Source of the DNA: the human T2T-CHM13v2.0 reference genome, Homo sapiens
NCBI RefSeq assembly: GCF_009914755.1
Contig: NC_060926.1
Strand: one strand, 5' to 3'
DNA length: 64,000 bases
Part shown: piece by piece, positions 31,108 to 44,300 of the stretch
How positions within the stretch are numbered: the stretch's first letter is position 1
Layout of the letters: each line of letters starts with the position of its first letter
The notes under the pieces: model-generated
The model's input: the letters and a program-made list of their open reading frames with translations, nothing else
Database searches by the model: none
Told to the model about the DNA's origin: nothing
Position numbers and translations under genes: made by a program

Positions 31108-31949
31108 ACTTTTTAATGATTGCCATTCTAACTGGTGTGAGATGGTATCTCATAGTGGTTTTGATTTGCATTTCTCTGATGGCCAGTGATGATGAGCATT
31201 TTTTCATGTATTTTTTGGCTGCATAAATGTCTTCTTTTGAGAAGTGTCTGTTCATGTCCTTCGCCCACTTTTTGAAACAACAGGTGCTGGAGAGGATGTG
31301 GAGAAATAGGAACACTTTTACACTGTTGGTGGGACTGTAAACTAGTTCAACCATTGTGGAAGTCAGTGTGGCGATTCCTCAGGGATCTAGAACTAGAAAT
31401 ACCATTTGACCCAGCCATCCCATTACTGGGTATATACCCAAATGACTATAAATCATGCTGCTATAAAGACACATGCACACGTATGTTTATTGCGGCATTA
31501 TTCACAATAGCAAAGACTTGGAACCAACCCAAATGTCCAACAATGATAGACTGGATTAAGAAAATGTGGCACATATACACCATGGAATACTATGCAGCCA
31601 TAAAAAATGATGAGTTCATGTCCTTTGTAGGGACATGGATGAAATTGGAAACCATCATTCTCAGTAAACTATCTCAAGAACAAAAAACCAAACACCGCAT
31701 ATTCTCACTCATAGGTGGGAATTGAACAATGAGATCACATGGTCACAGGAAGGGGAATATCACACTGTGGGGACTGTGGTGGGGTGGGGGGAGGGGGGAG
31801 GGGTAGCATTGGGAGATATACCTAATGCTAGATGACGAGTTAGTGGGTGCAGCGCACCAGCATGGCACATGTATACATATGTAACTAACCTGCACAATGT
31901 GCACATGTACCCTAAAACTTAAAGTATAAAAAAAAAAAAAAAAAAAAAA
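31108..31949 (+). mobile_element. Young L1 (L1PA2-like), 5'-truncated and 5'-inverted; 31108-31275 antisense, 31274-31949 sense
   Basis: Intact ORF2 C-terminus ending FSLIGGN, 3' UTR and A22 run; perfect TSD aaaagcaacagagtg at 31093-31107 and 31946-31960; TT|AAAA target site. Confidence 0.97.
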
Positions 31950-32853
31950 GCAACAGAGTGTATACCTGTGACATTTACTAATGTGTGAGGTGTCTGAGGA
32001 CCACCTGCGTGAGAATCCCCTCGGGTTATTACATAAAGAGATTCCTGGCCCACTACAGACCCACAGAATCAAACTTGTAGTGTCATTATTTTGTGATGTG
32101 AAAATATTCTTTTCGTGTATTGATCAAACCTCTGTTTGAGAAGCAACCATGCAAACTTATCACATCATTTGACCTTGTTCAGATCTTGGTGCACACATTT
32201 TCAGGGCTAATTTTCTCCCACTGCAGCTTGCTGCTGCCAGTGAGGGCCTGCTTGCCCAAGTTCCTGGTGACCTCACTGGTAGGCTGGGCTGGGAGTGGTT
32301 GGTGACGTTGCCAGGGAGACTGAAGTTGGGGGCATGCAGCCTGTGAAGCCAGGCAAGGCTGGAGCCAGGAATTTGTAGTTCACAGAATTAGATGCAAGGG
32401 TGAGGTGGTTTGTGCTCAGAGGAGATGAATTTACCAATCTTAGTGGGCAGAGGAGAGAAATGGGATTCAAATAACTGAAAGGAGAGGTAGCAGGAGACTC
32501 CAATGTGATGGGGATGGAGATGGGGCAATAGGGCCAGACCTTGGATCAGGTCTTTTCCTCAAGGTATTTATGGTATGACTTGACAGTCTAGCTACTGGGA
32601 ATTTTTGCGGTAATTGAATATTTAGACATTGAGTATAATGCATTATATGGGTTAAGTGTATATATTGCTTATATAAGTAAAGAGTATAATTGAAGATAGC
32701 TAGTAACAGCTAAGAGTATAGCTAGTAAAAACATACTAGAACTAAAAATAAGCTCATTTCTGAAAAATGCATCCTTTACTACCCTATACCTACTATTTTA
32801 GAACATTCTAGAAAATGTAAGAATACACAAGCATACGTTCTTACATTCTAGTG

Positions 32854-32998
32854 CAGTGGTCCCCAAACTTTGCTGCACAAAAGGGCCATCTGGGTAATAA
32901 TTTTAAAAACATAATGATGTCTGGCTTCTACTCCTAGACATTCTTATTTAAATTCTATGGGATATGATGTGGACATTGGGGTTTTAAAAGCTCTCCAG
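32854..32998. mobile_element. MER5A fragment
   Basis: cagtggtccccaaactttgctgcac...gggttttaaaagctctccag. Confidence 0.7.
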
Positions 32999-33119
32999 TC
33001 CCTCATTTTATAGATGAGAAGATTCAGGACTAGCAAGATTGTGAATTTTTCCAAGGCCACGTGGTTTAATAGTGGAGACCGGATTGAATAAAGAAAGGTC
33101 TTCTGACTCTTAGCTCAGG

Positions 33120-33545
33120 GCCCAGAAACCACTGGGCCTTCCAAACAAAGGGAATTTAAGACAGGGCATTGTCGACACAGGTGATGCAAGAGTTGAAAAG
33201 GCAAACTCCAAATGGTGAGGAACTCAGAGACCAGCAACAGCAGGAAGCAACTGCATCATCCGTAGGGTTGGAGAAATGATGGGAGCAGGTGGTGTTTCTG
33301 GATCCCAGAGACTGGAGCAACCTTGGAGGGAGCTAGGACCAAGATGGTAGTGGAAGACTGTGTCTGATGGGAGCCAAGACTCTAGAGGGGGCTAGAGATG
33401 CCACCTGAAGTGCATGTGTTGGGTGGATACCCTTGCTTCTCCCTCTTCCCTCTTGTTTTCTTGTCTTCCACCAATGCTTCCTATTGGCCCAGACCAGTTG
33501 GGAAGTGTGGTTTCCTTCAGGACAATGGAGGCAGCAGACCTGAAA
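33120..33545 (-). mobile_element. LTR78-like old LTR remnant
   Basis: gggaatttaagacagggcattgtcgacacaggtgatgcaagag...aactcagagaccagcaacagcaggaagc. Confidence 0.5.
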
Positions 33546-33626
33546 ACAACCCAGCAGTAACTAGCCCTGTGGTCTTTCTAATGTACTGAGGTCTTGTGAT
33601 TAGAGCAGAACTCCATTTGGACACTG

Positions 33627-33945
33627 TTTCTCTTTCTTTCTTCTTTTTCTTTCTTTTCTTCAGATCTTGCTCTGTTGCCCAGGCTGGAGTGCAGTGGTGC
33701 AATCATAGCTCACTGTAACCTCGAACTCCTGGGCCTGAAGTGATCTTCCCATCTCAGCCTCCTAAGTAGCTGGGACTACAGGTGGATGCCACCATGCCTG
33801 GCTCTTTTTTTTTTTTTTTTTAATTTTTTGTGGAGACAGGGTTCAGCTATATTGTCCTGGCTGGTCCCAAACTCCTGGCCTCAAGTGATTTTCCTTCCTT
33901 GGCCTCCCAAAGTGCTGGGATTACAGGCATGAGACACCACACCAG
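33627..33945 (-). mobile_element. AluJ with tail converted to a TTC/TTTC-rich tract
   Basis: aatcatagctcactgtaacctcgaactcctggg...ctcctggcctcaagtgat. Confidence 0.93.
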
Positions 33946-36019
33946 TCTAATGGGCAGATAATTTCTTATATTCCTTTTCATAAGTGGTGTGATTGATAGG
34001 CTTCTAGGTTGCTATAATATACGTCTGCACATTTTCATTAATACCTTCTTTCTGTGACGATTCACCTCTCTCCCATTCAACATGTTTACATTTTTACATT
34101 TTTTATACTTAAAATATATATAGTTTTAAAAATACGCATTGTAATCTTATCTGTGCTAAATCTTAAACATTTGTTCCTTTGAAGACTAGTTACTTCCTAG
34201 ATATATTGCCTAAAGCCAGATGATCCTATGCATGCATATGAGATGACAGATCTTACTTTACTATATCATTTAAAAGCATTTTTAAAGAAAAATGGAATTA
34301 TAGTACACTGCATTTTATTTGTTCTGCCTGATGGGCCAAGTGCTTTGCACCCAGTGGAGCTGAGCCTTGCCAGCCTGCTGTTATAACAGTAGCTCCCCTG
34401 TAGAGCTCAGCATTCTTTAGACTTGGCTAATGAGTCTGATGTCATAAAGGGAGCTTTATTAAAATAAATATGGTACCATATTTTCTTTCTAATGGCATTC
34501 TGATTAATTCCATCATAAATGCATACCTGACACTCTTTTAATTAATTGAGATAGCAAAGGGATTCCAGCTAGTGATATTGAAAGTGTAGACGGTGTTTTC
34601 AACAGCATGTTCCTACCCTGACACCAGTATCAGTGTTTAGTATTACTGTAGATCAGAATCTGAAGACCTATGTCTATTTTAACATATGTCACTGAACGGC
34701 TGTGAGAGTAATTAAAGAGTAATGCTTGCCCCTGTTTTGAGGATGTAGCTACTTAAACACTAAGAGATTAAATGTTGCCGAAGGCTACCAGCAAGGGAGT
34801 TGTGGAGGCAGGGTTAGAACTGGTTTCTAATTTCTAGCCTTTTGCTTAAATTGCCAACCATGGGTCCCGGTAATGTGTTCTGACTTTATTTTCCTTCAGA
34901 CTTAATCTGCGGTTAATGATAGCTTTCACAATCAGAAAGAACATGTAGGTCTCGAATTTATGACTTCCATAAATCTACTACTTTCCAACATACCCACAAG
35001 GATGGTTTGGCAGAGACACAGCTTGTGGTACACCTATTATCCTTTAGTTAATTGGGCTGTTTTTACTATTTGGGAGATCCTATATTTTAACATAGTACGT
35101 GAAATATTAATAGTAAATATGAAATATAAATTTCAAACTTTAAACATTTTGTACCATTACCTAATTTTTAAAAATGCTTATGACTAAACCTGCTGAACAT
35201 GGCATGTTCGAATGATTATTTTACTTCTGTGGTCTATTCCTCTCAGAAACATTGCCGTCCAGAAAAATCTAATGATTTCTTCTTGTGGAATAGTGGAATG
35301 CTAGATAATGGCACAAAACCAGATCCTTCAGACTGTATAAATGCAATGTAAAAATGGAGTGGAAACATTCAGTTTTAGGAAGTTAGTGACTCTTCATGTC
35401 CTGTAAAATTGTGTGTATGCATGTATTTTTTTTTAAATGCCAGGAGGTTTGCCAATGGGACTATAGAGGATATGCCAGTGAGACAGAGAAGATATGACTT
35501 ATACAGACAAGCCAGAATGCTCATTATCAGAGGGATATTTGTAGGATAAATCTTATCTTTTACAGGACGTAAGAAAGATAAAGAACTATTTTATGGTGGT
35601 TAATTCAGCTCAGATTGCTGCATTATTTAAAACTGTGAGGGAATCTTTAAAAAAATTCAATTTTCTATTTCCCATCTACTTTAATTACTTTCAGCGGGAT
35701 TTTATTCATTGTAGGCAATGAATTGTCCACGGATAAATGGAATTGTTGGTAGTCACTTTCACTTTGGAGCTCTTCTATAATCGAAATATGAAGATATTTG
35801 CATTGCTTTATGAGGACATTTAAATACAAGAAGTAGGTTTTTATATTTCAGATTGAAAGCAAAGAAAGCTACCTCACTGATTCTAAATTCACTTTGTAAA
35901 ATCTCGAATTACTGAAATTAAGTTCATTCAGCTCAAATAAGCCAATTGTTTTCCCTTTGCTCCAAGGGAGAAGAGCAGGCTCTGTACCATCTTGATTGGT
36001 TTTTTATTTGCTCATCCCC

Positions 36020-36349
36020 TGATATGATTTGGCTGTGTCCCCACCCAAATCTCATCCTGAACTATAGTTCCCATAATCCCCACATGTCATGGGAGGGACC
36101 CAGTGGGAGGTAATTGAATCATGGCGGTAGTTACCTCTATGCTGTTTTTGTGATAGTGAATGGGTTCTTATGAGATCTGATGGTTTAATAAGGGGTTTTC
36201 CTCCCACTTTGCTCTGGACTTCTTGTTGCCACCATGTGAAGAAGGCCTCCCCAGCCGTGCTGAACTGTGAGTCAATTAAACCTCTTTCATTTATAAATGA
36301 CCCAGTCTTGGGTGTGTCTTTATTAGCAGCATGAGAATGGGCTAATACA
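36020..36349 (+). mobile_element. THE1 (C/D-like) solo LTR with internal deletion
   Basis: TGATATGATTTGGCTGTGTCCCCACCCAAATCTC...GCTAATACA; 5-bp TSD tcccc. Confidence 0.93.
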
Positions 36350-37841
36350 TCCCCCTTTTGTAATACCGTGAGGGAGGGCGTGCATTAGAATTGTGGTATT
36401 CCAGTAGGAAAATGAATACACCATAACAAGTCATGGTATCTGACTTTAGAACACAAACCATTTGTTTCTGATGTTGATGTGCAGACTGGCTTCCGTGACT
36501 TGGACTTGCATTCTCTTGGTCATGTCAGATTTAAGATTCTTTTATGCAGAACAAGCTAAACAATATCATGGAGTTATAGGAACCTATTTATTGTACATGT
36601 AATGAGATAAAGGTGGCCTGTAATAAAACAGTGCTTTTTAATATTGAAGATGCTGAAACTCCTGGAGAAGCAGGTAACCTGCGTATTTAATTCAAGGACT
36701 GAATCATAAGAGCTCATCTTTGGGAAGGAGCTTACCATCATTTAATGCTGGATTTTTACCTTGCTTCCTACAGAAACTATTCCCCCCACTTTGATATGCA
36801 AATATTTCCATTGGGCTTTTGGTTTCTTTTACAGTTTTCCAAGGCACTACATCATTGTATTTGGTAATTTCACTTTCTTTGTGTAATTGTTCCTAATCTT
36901 TATTCTAAAATCTTATCCTACAATAGTTCAATGAAAGGTGCTTTTCTTTTTCTTTTAATGTTTGGAATACTGCACTTAATGGAGATTCCCATGTTTACTT
37001 TAAAAATATTCAAATTTTCAGAAAAATGTATTCCCCACTTTATCCAAATGAAGAGTAGTCACTGCAGAAATCTTTTTATTAGAATCATAGCATTAACATT
37101 GGAAATTATCTACATCAGTTCCCGTTCAATGCAGAAGTCTCTAGGCTTAGTTTTGTAGAGTACAGAGAGGGCTAGGCATCTGTACTTCAATCTACAAATC
37201 CTCTTTTCCTCAACATCCCTCCTAAAATGTGGTTTCAAGGTGGCTATGGCCTTGGTTTTCTTTCTTTCTCAAGCTCTTCAGGATGCCACATTAAAAAAAA
37301 ATTGACAGATGTGATAAAAATTTTGATGTTAAGACCCGATAAATATTTTTATAGATGCCTCACCAGTGTGCTTAAGGGACACCCACGGAAGGTAGACTGG
37401 TGGAGGCTTAGGACAGTACTGTCTCCCTCAAGGAGCTGTATATACCTGGAATTATGGCACATGCTCACATGGCATAGTTAGGACAGAACATAAGAGATCT
37501 GTGATTAGGTGGCAAAGCATATAAAACAACTACTAGAAAATGGTCATGGGAAGGGAGGGGACAGTGTTGAGCCTTGGCAAATAGATATTGGAGCAAATGA
37601 TTTGCAAGGAGACTGATCTGATGGAACAGTATTCATGTTTGAGGCTGGTAGTAATAAGATGGGATAAATCAAATAGGACAAAGTCACTAACAGGCCTCAA
37701 ATGTCACTGTGCCGATTTTGAACTTGACATTGAAGTTACTGGGAGCCAGTATGGACTTTCGAGCACTGGTTGACTAAACGAAGGCAGAACTTTTATCTAT
37801 TTCACTTGCTTAGAATGCCTAGCAATGTGAAAACAGTTAAA

Positions 37842-37912
37842 TCTAGAAGACCAAATATAGCTGTTGCACAAGGTTCTAGAAGACCAAATATAGCTATTGC
37901 ATGAGGTTCTAG
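37842..37912. repeat. 33-bp tandem duplication (2 copies plus 5 bp)
   Basis: tctagaagaccaaatatagct(g/a)ttgca(ca/tg)aggt at 37842 and 37875. Confidence 0.92.
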
Positions 37913-38352
37913 GCACTGAGAGCAAGTTTGACCTGAAGAGGTCCAGCTTTGGATGGATGGACCAGAAAGGAAAAAAATCAAAAGGATTTTTGGTAATTGG
38001 CAACGATAAAGAGGTTTTGAATCTAAGATAACCATGAGTTTTGGTGCAAATGGCAAGGACAATGTTGGTGCCATTGACAAAATTAGGGGAATTATTTTGT
38101 TTCTTATTTCAGCACTGAAATATGGAAATTTAATTTGCTTTTGAGCAAATCAACTTTTTGGCACAGTCCCTTGTTTCAATACTTAAGACCAGGCCCAGTG
38201 AGCAGATGGGAGATGGGGACTTGCTTCTGGAGAATTAGAGCTTTGAGTTCTAGTCTGCCATTGATCGATTACAATCAAGCAAATCCCTTCCTCCCTTGAT
38301 ATTTCCCACATATGAAATGGGAAGGATAATGGGTTTCTGCTTAGAGGGTGAT

Positions 38353-38693
38353 TGTATTAGTCTGTTCTGACTGCTATAACAAATATGCCATTATTATCAC
38401 AATTCTGAAGGCTGAAAAGCTTAAGATCAAGGTGGGGGCAGACCCAGGGTCTGGTGAGGGCTTGCTTCCAGGTTTGCAGATAGCCATCATCTCTCTGTCC
38501 TCACAGGGTGGAGAGCAGACAATGAGGAAGGTAGCTCTCTCCTGTCTCTTTTATAAGGGCACTAATTCCATTATGAGGGCCCCATCCTTATGACTTAATT
38601 ACCTTCCCAACGCCCTGCCTCCTAATACATCCCATTTGGGATTTGATTTCAACATATGAATTCTGGGGAAACACAGATGCGCAGTTTGTAACA
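38353..38693 (-). mobile_element. MLT1A/A0-like MaLR solo LTR
   Basis: tgtattagtctgttctgactgctataacaaa...tttcaacatatgaattctggggaaacac...gtaaca; 5-bp TSD gtgat. Confidence 0.88.
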
Positions 38694-40899
38694 GTGATTG
38701 TAAAGGATGTGCAAAGAAACGTTGGCAAGAATGCTGTGCAAATGGACCTGTCTTTATGCATACTCTCCTTTATTGTTGATGTGGGTGTTAAAGCCCATGA
38801 CCAGTCATTAAGAACCCTTACTCCACTCTCTTCTGGGCATATGGCAAGTGAGATTCTGACTTTAATGGCTGGGATGGGGAGAAAGGAGCTGGGAACATAT
38901 GAGAAGGACCTCTTTGTCTTGTGTCTGTTTCAGCAGCAAGAGAGAAGACATTGCTTGCAGCCAGAAGGAAAGGGACTGTCTCCAGGAAAATGTAGCCTTT
39001 AGTTAGCAGAACTTACTTTAGAAGGACTAGGACTCAGGCTTTTAAATAAAGTGTTGAAGTCTCTGTTCATCTGCATGTGTGTGTTGAAAGAATTAGTCAA
39101 AATATCTGACCTTCACTTTTTAGGACTGAATCACCATTCTTTGCTAAAAACCCTGAGTATGGAGTGATAATAACAAGAATCAAAAGGTGTTTTCAAGTTG
39201 TATATACAACATAGATAGGGTTTTGTTTTAAAGATAGGCAGTGAGACTTTTTCTGTATTGTAATTTTCATTAGCATTTTGTAATAAATTTAGTATCTCCA
39301 GTTGGGGTTCAATAACTTAAAATGAGAAAAATTGCAATTTTAATAATAAGCACAGGTTGATTGCCTACTTTGTCTTTTGTATTAAAATGAATGTTGCAAT
39401 TACTGTGTATTAATACCCAGCAAACTATGTTTCTTTTTCATCTGGAACTAGAAAGTATTACTTCTAAACAGGCACACACAATTTATCCTTGTAAATAAAA
39501 TAATTCTAAGTGTGCATGTATATGTTTATTATGAAGCCATCTTTCAGAATGCACCAAATGGAAGGAGAGAGGAGCTGATTGTCTTTTATTGTGGGGCTGA
39601 CAGAATGTTTATTAATGGCCATGGATTTGAAATGAGCATCTTACTAAATGGAAGTCTTTGGCCAACCTCTGACCCTTTTGTCTTAAAGGTTTGAGAACAG
39701 ATAATACGAAAGAATACCAGCTTTTTTCCAGATGGCTGCATGCCTGATGTTCCTTTATGTTTAGCTGTCATTCAAATATGAATGCCCAGTGATTATAAGT
39801 GTCTCTTTCTCTTTTCTGGACTGAAATGAAACCTTTTATGCATTGTGTGTTAAAACAGATTAACTGTTTGGCTCATCAGTAGGGAAATTAGAACAATAGC
39901 TGCCAATTCAATGGTATAGTAGAAGAATGTCCTTTGGGGCCAGGGGCTAAGGTTCATAAGCAAATGGTATGTACAAGTGTCAGACTGGGGAAGGACAGAC
40001 AAGTTATAAAAATAATTCGCCTGAATTTTAATTTTATAACTGCGTTGGAGTAGTAATATCTTTTAGAAGCAGGGAGGATTTAGATAAATTTTTACGAACT
40101 TTTACATATTTTTTAGTTGCTCCATTAATAATTTCTTGGAGTGCTGTTGTACACGATGAATTTAAAATGATGGATTTATAGATAATGTGTCTTATGAAGA
40201 CATAATGCAGAATTACTGTATGTTTCCTTAACTTTTTAGTGTGCTAAAGTTGTCTTTTAAATATATGTATTTCATAAGGTAGAATAATGGATAATTTGAA
40301 TGTCATTTTTCTACCAATACTAACACTTTTGTAATCTGAAATGGAAGTCAAGGTGGACAGCTATCATTTAGGTATGGTTGCAATGCAGACCTGCCCGGAG
40401 GGCAAGGGGAAAACTGGTGACCCCTCAGTGACCTTTGTAGGAGATGGCTGGAGGCCAAAGGTCTGAGGGGACCAACCGCATCAATTTAGGAAACTAGAGT
40501 ACTTTACAAAATGCTAGACAAACTCACATTGTTAGCTCTGAGTAGTAAGGTGGCTGTCATTTTCCATGGAAATCCATAGAATGAGGAAACTACAGTAGTC
40601 TTATGACCTAGTGGACGAAAAAGAGCACATGTGAGCTTATTTAACCCCTATGTAAAGAGATTATTTTGGTAACAAGAGGTACTTTTTATGTATTGTTTAT
40701 AGAAAAGCACAAAGGAAAGCCTACCATGAAATTCTGTTGTTTTAATAACAATTGTGTTTTCTAAAACATCCAAAGATGAAAATAGGCTTAAATAAAATAG
40801 GCAGCTATACCACTTTGTAAAACTTATTGTCATAGTATATTTTTGATATTTTCACATTTTGTTTTGTATTATACTTTTTAAAATGATTTTATGCCCAGC

Positions 40900-41362
40900 T
40901 AATTTTTATAACAGCTTTATTGGTGTATAATTCACATCCTAAACAATTCACCCATTAAAAAATGCAGAAATCAATGACTTTTATTATATTCTCAGAGTAT
41001 TTGCATCCATCACTACACAGTTTTGGAATGCTCTCATACATTCTTCCCCAAAGAAACCCCACTCTTCTTACCAGTTATCCCCTATTCCCACCAGCCCTTG
41101 ACAATTACTAGTCTACTTTTGGTACTTTTGGTCCCTATGAAGTTGCCCACTCTGGACATTTCATATAAATGGAATTGTACAATCAATATGTGGTCCTTTG
41201 TGATTAGCTTCTTTCAGTTGAAATGTTTTCAAGGTTCAACCATGTTGTAGCATGTGTCAGTATTTATTCCCTTTTATGGCTGAATAAATTCTATTGTATG
41301 GATATGCCACATTTTGTTTATGCATTCATCTATTGGGGGACATTTGGATTGTTTCCACTATA
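40900..41362 (-). mobile_element. Old L1M (L1MB-like) 3' end
   Basis: acagctttattggtgtataattcacat...ctggacatttcatataaatggaat...ggacatttggattgtttccac. Confidence 0.85.
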
Positions 41363-44300
41363 TTTATACTTTTGTTAATTAAGTGTTTTTTCCAGTGAAT
41401 ATTTATCTTGTACACAATATGACTTCTATTAGGTTTTAAGAGGTTAACATCTATGTACGTTTCATGTAAGATTATGGTGACTACCAAAAGACAACTGTGG
41501 AGTCAAGGGCTACTATAACAGGTCTTGCACAAAATCCAATCAAACACCATAGACCTCTAGGATCTAAGCATCCTCAACGTAGATTGAGGATCTCCAGAAT
41601 GGAAGAAATGCTTATGGTTAGCAGTAGAGTGGTGGGTAGGGGAGGGGGCTTGCGCATGGAGCAATGGCAGATGAGCTACAGTATCTTGTAATATCCTCCA
41701 CAGTACCATACCCTGCCTAGCATGCAGTTGGCATTCAGTAAATACTTGTTGTCTGAGCCCATTTTGTGTAATGCCACACCAATTTACCATCTTCCAAGGG
41801 GCAAATTTTCGAATAGTTTGCAGGCTCTCAGCTCTCCCAAGACTAACTAATATCCTGCAACTTAAATAAGATTGTTATCTTGATAATGATTATAGTTGCA
41901 GAGTACTCAGTAGTTTATGAATACTTTTATTTGGCTCTATTTAATTTTCTAGGTAAATACTGGGTAGAACAGGGAGAAATCTCATTTGCCAGAAAACTCA
42001 GGAGTCAGAAGTATCATTTCTATTAACCAGCAAAGTCAAACTTCACTCCAGGTCCTGCAGCTGCAGAATTTGTGCTTTTCTTCAAATATCCTGCTACTTA
42101 CACACCTCTCTACCTCTGCCTTTATCTTGCTTCTCCTCTTTTTATTAACTACGACCAGCATCCACTAAGACTTTTGTGGGGACCTCTGAGGGTTTTAGTG
42201 TGAAAACAACCTTACTGAAAATGTACACTAAGGAGTTCCACAGTTGTGTCTTGACTGTTTCCTTGAATAAATTCTCTGTCTTACGTACCAATATTAATAG
42301 TGATTATGGCACTCCAAGATGCCACACAGTGGTTCCATCAACACTCGGTCCCTGAAACAGAAGTCCAGAACTGAATAAATGAAATGGAGTCTATGATTAA
42401 ATAATTGCAGTAAAGCAGATACTGGGTAAAAGGAGTTGGCAAGGTTATCTTCATTGATACTTGGAGATGAGGTCGAATGCTAGTGCCAGGCGATACAGGA
42501 CTGGACTCCTGAAAGGGCATTGTGTTGCCCTTTCACTCATTACTGAGTGTTCCTGTGCATTTCAGTAAATATAACATCTATCTATAAAAGCATCTGTTAG
42601 CATGATGAGAAACAGGCAATGCCTATTCCTTTTCCACAGAGTTTACCAACATACTTTCTCACAATAATAGCAAAGAATTAAGATAATCATCACTCTAAGT
42701 AGGATGTGAAAGAAATTTAGAGAAGGTGACTAGTGATTATGCGTGGAGAACTTGCTGTATTCAGGAATGTACTTTTATCTCTATCTTAACAGGTGGGCAA
42801 GCAAGGGTTAAGTAATTTTGCCCAAGATCAAACGTCTAGAAAACAGTGGAGCCAGACTGTATCCATGCCATGAAACTCCAGCATTCTTATTTGGCATCCC
42901 AGTGCTCAGCTGCCACCTGCAGTTGACTGTAATTGCTAATCACCCCTTCTTCCCTTTGTCACTGAGTCCTGTGACTATGCTTCTGAAGTGAAAGTCATTT
43001 TTCTTTTTTTTCTCACTTCATACCTCTATTGGTGGTTATTTTATTCTCTGAACTATAAAAGTAATGCATATCCACTGGAGAAAAATTCAGAAAATAACGT
43101 ATAACAAAGAAATTAAAAAGTACTTGAAATTCTGCAGTGTAAATAGCACAGAATTAAAGACATATGGAAGCCTCAGCTATGTTGGTGTTTGTGAAGTCGT
43201 TTGATCAGGTGCTTTTATTCACTTTCTTTCACAATTGCTGTTTCTAAGTGCAAAAATTTCAGTGATGCCTCCAGTGATCTGACTAGAGAAATGTCTGTTC
43301 CTTAGCATCATGGGTCTACTTTATAAAGTAGACCCTCTCTGAGTTGTTAGCAAGTGTGATGTTGTTTTGTAGGGTACTCAGATGCTGTATTAGTTCAGAA
43401 TATCCTGTTTGACCCTTGGTGTACCTGAATTAGACCATGAAGGTTTCTTTGTTTCTGTAGGAAATTTCACTCAGAATGTCTGCTTAAGAAGTCATCACCT
43501 TCTTCTATGGTCTCCAAAGGAGAGCAAAGTCTACTCCATCCTCTGTCCCATCCACTGCCCCTTGCCCCACTGGCTGGACTCGGGCAGTGGAAACACTTCT
43601 CTGTCTAAACCATTGACAGTGGACCTCATGATGAGGCCAAGCATTGAAGAGATTAGAAATTGAGATGGAGTTTGGTCAGGGCTTTGACAAGGATGGGCAC
43701 CATAGGAAATAGTGTGTCCCAGGCAGTGGTTGATGGTTTGACTCTTCTCCATCCTGTTTCTTATTGCTGTTCCATCAGTGCTGGTGACACTGCTGTCTGT
43801 GTTTGTAGAATGCTGGTGATGAGGAATGAGGACAGCATTGAAAGACGAAGTTGAGTGGGGAAGAAAGAAACAGTTTACCAAAGAATATCAAGCATTATTA
43901 GTTGCTTATTAAGAAGTGGGACATTTCTGTATGTTAGTCAATTAAAAACAGTCACTTTGTGAGGTCTTTTTATCACTTTGGAGCTGAGGAAATGAAAATT
44001 CAGAAAAGTCAAGTATGATTTTGTAAAGCTGCATGTATAAAATGAGCATGTACTTTAAATGTTTCATTTGTTCATGCTTTGTTTTACGTTTTGTAATAAA
44101 TTGAGCCTTGGTCAAAGTTGAAACTCAGAATTTTATTTTTAAAAGGAAATGAGAGCATGCTATGCTATTGGGCTCAATTTGAATTCTTCAGTGAAACAAA
44201 GAAGTAGAATTTTATTCATTCATTCAGCAAACTTCTTTTTTTGAGCAACTGATTATTTGCAGGTGCTATGCTAGATGCTGCAAGCAAAACATGTGCTCTG

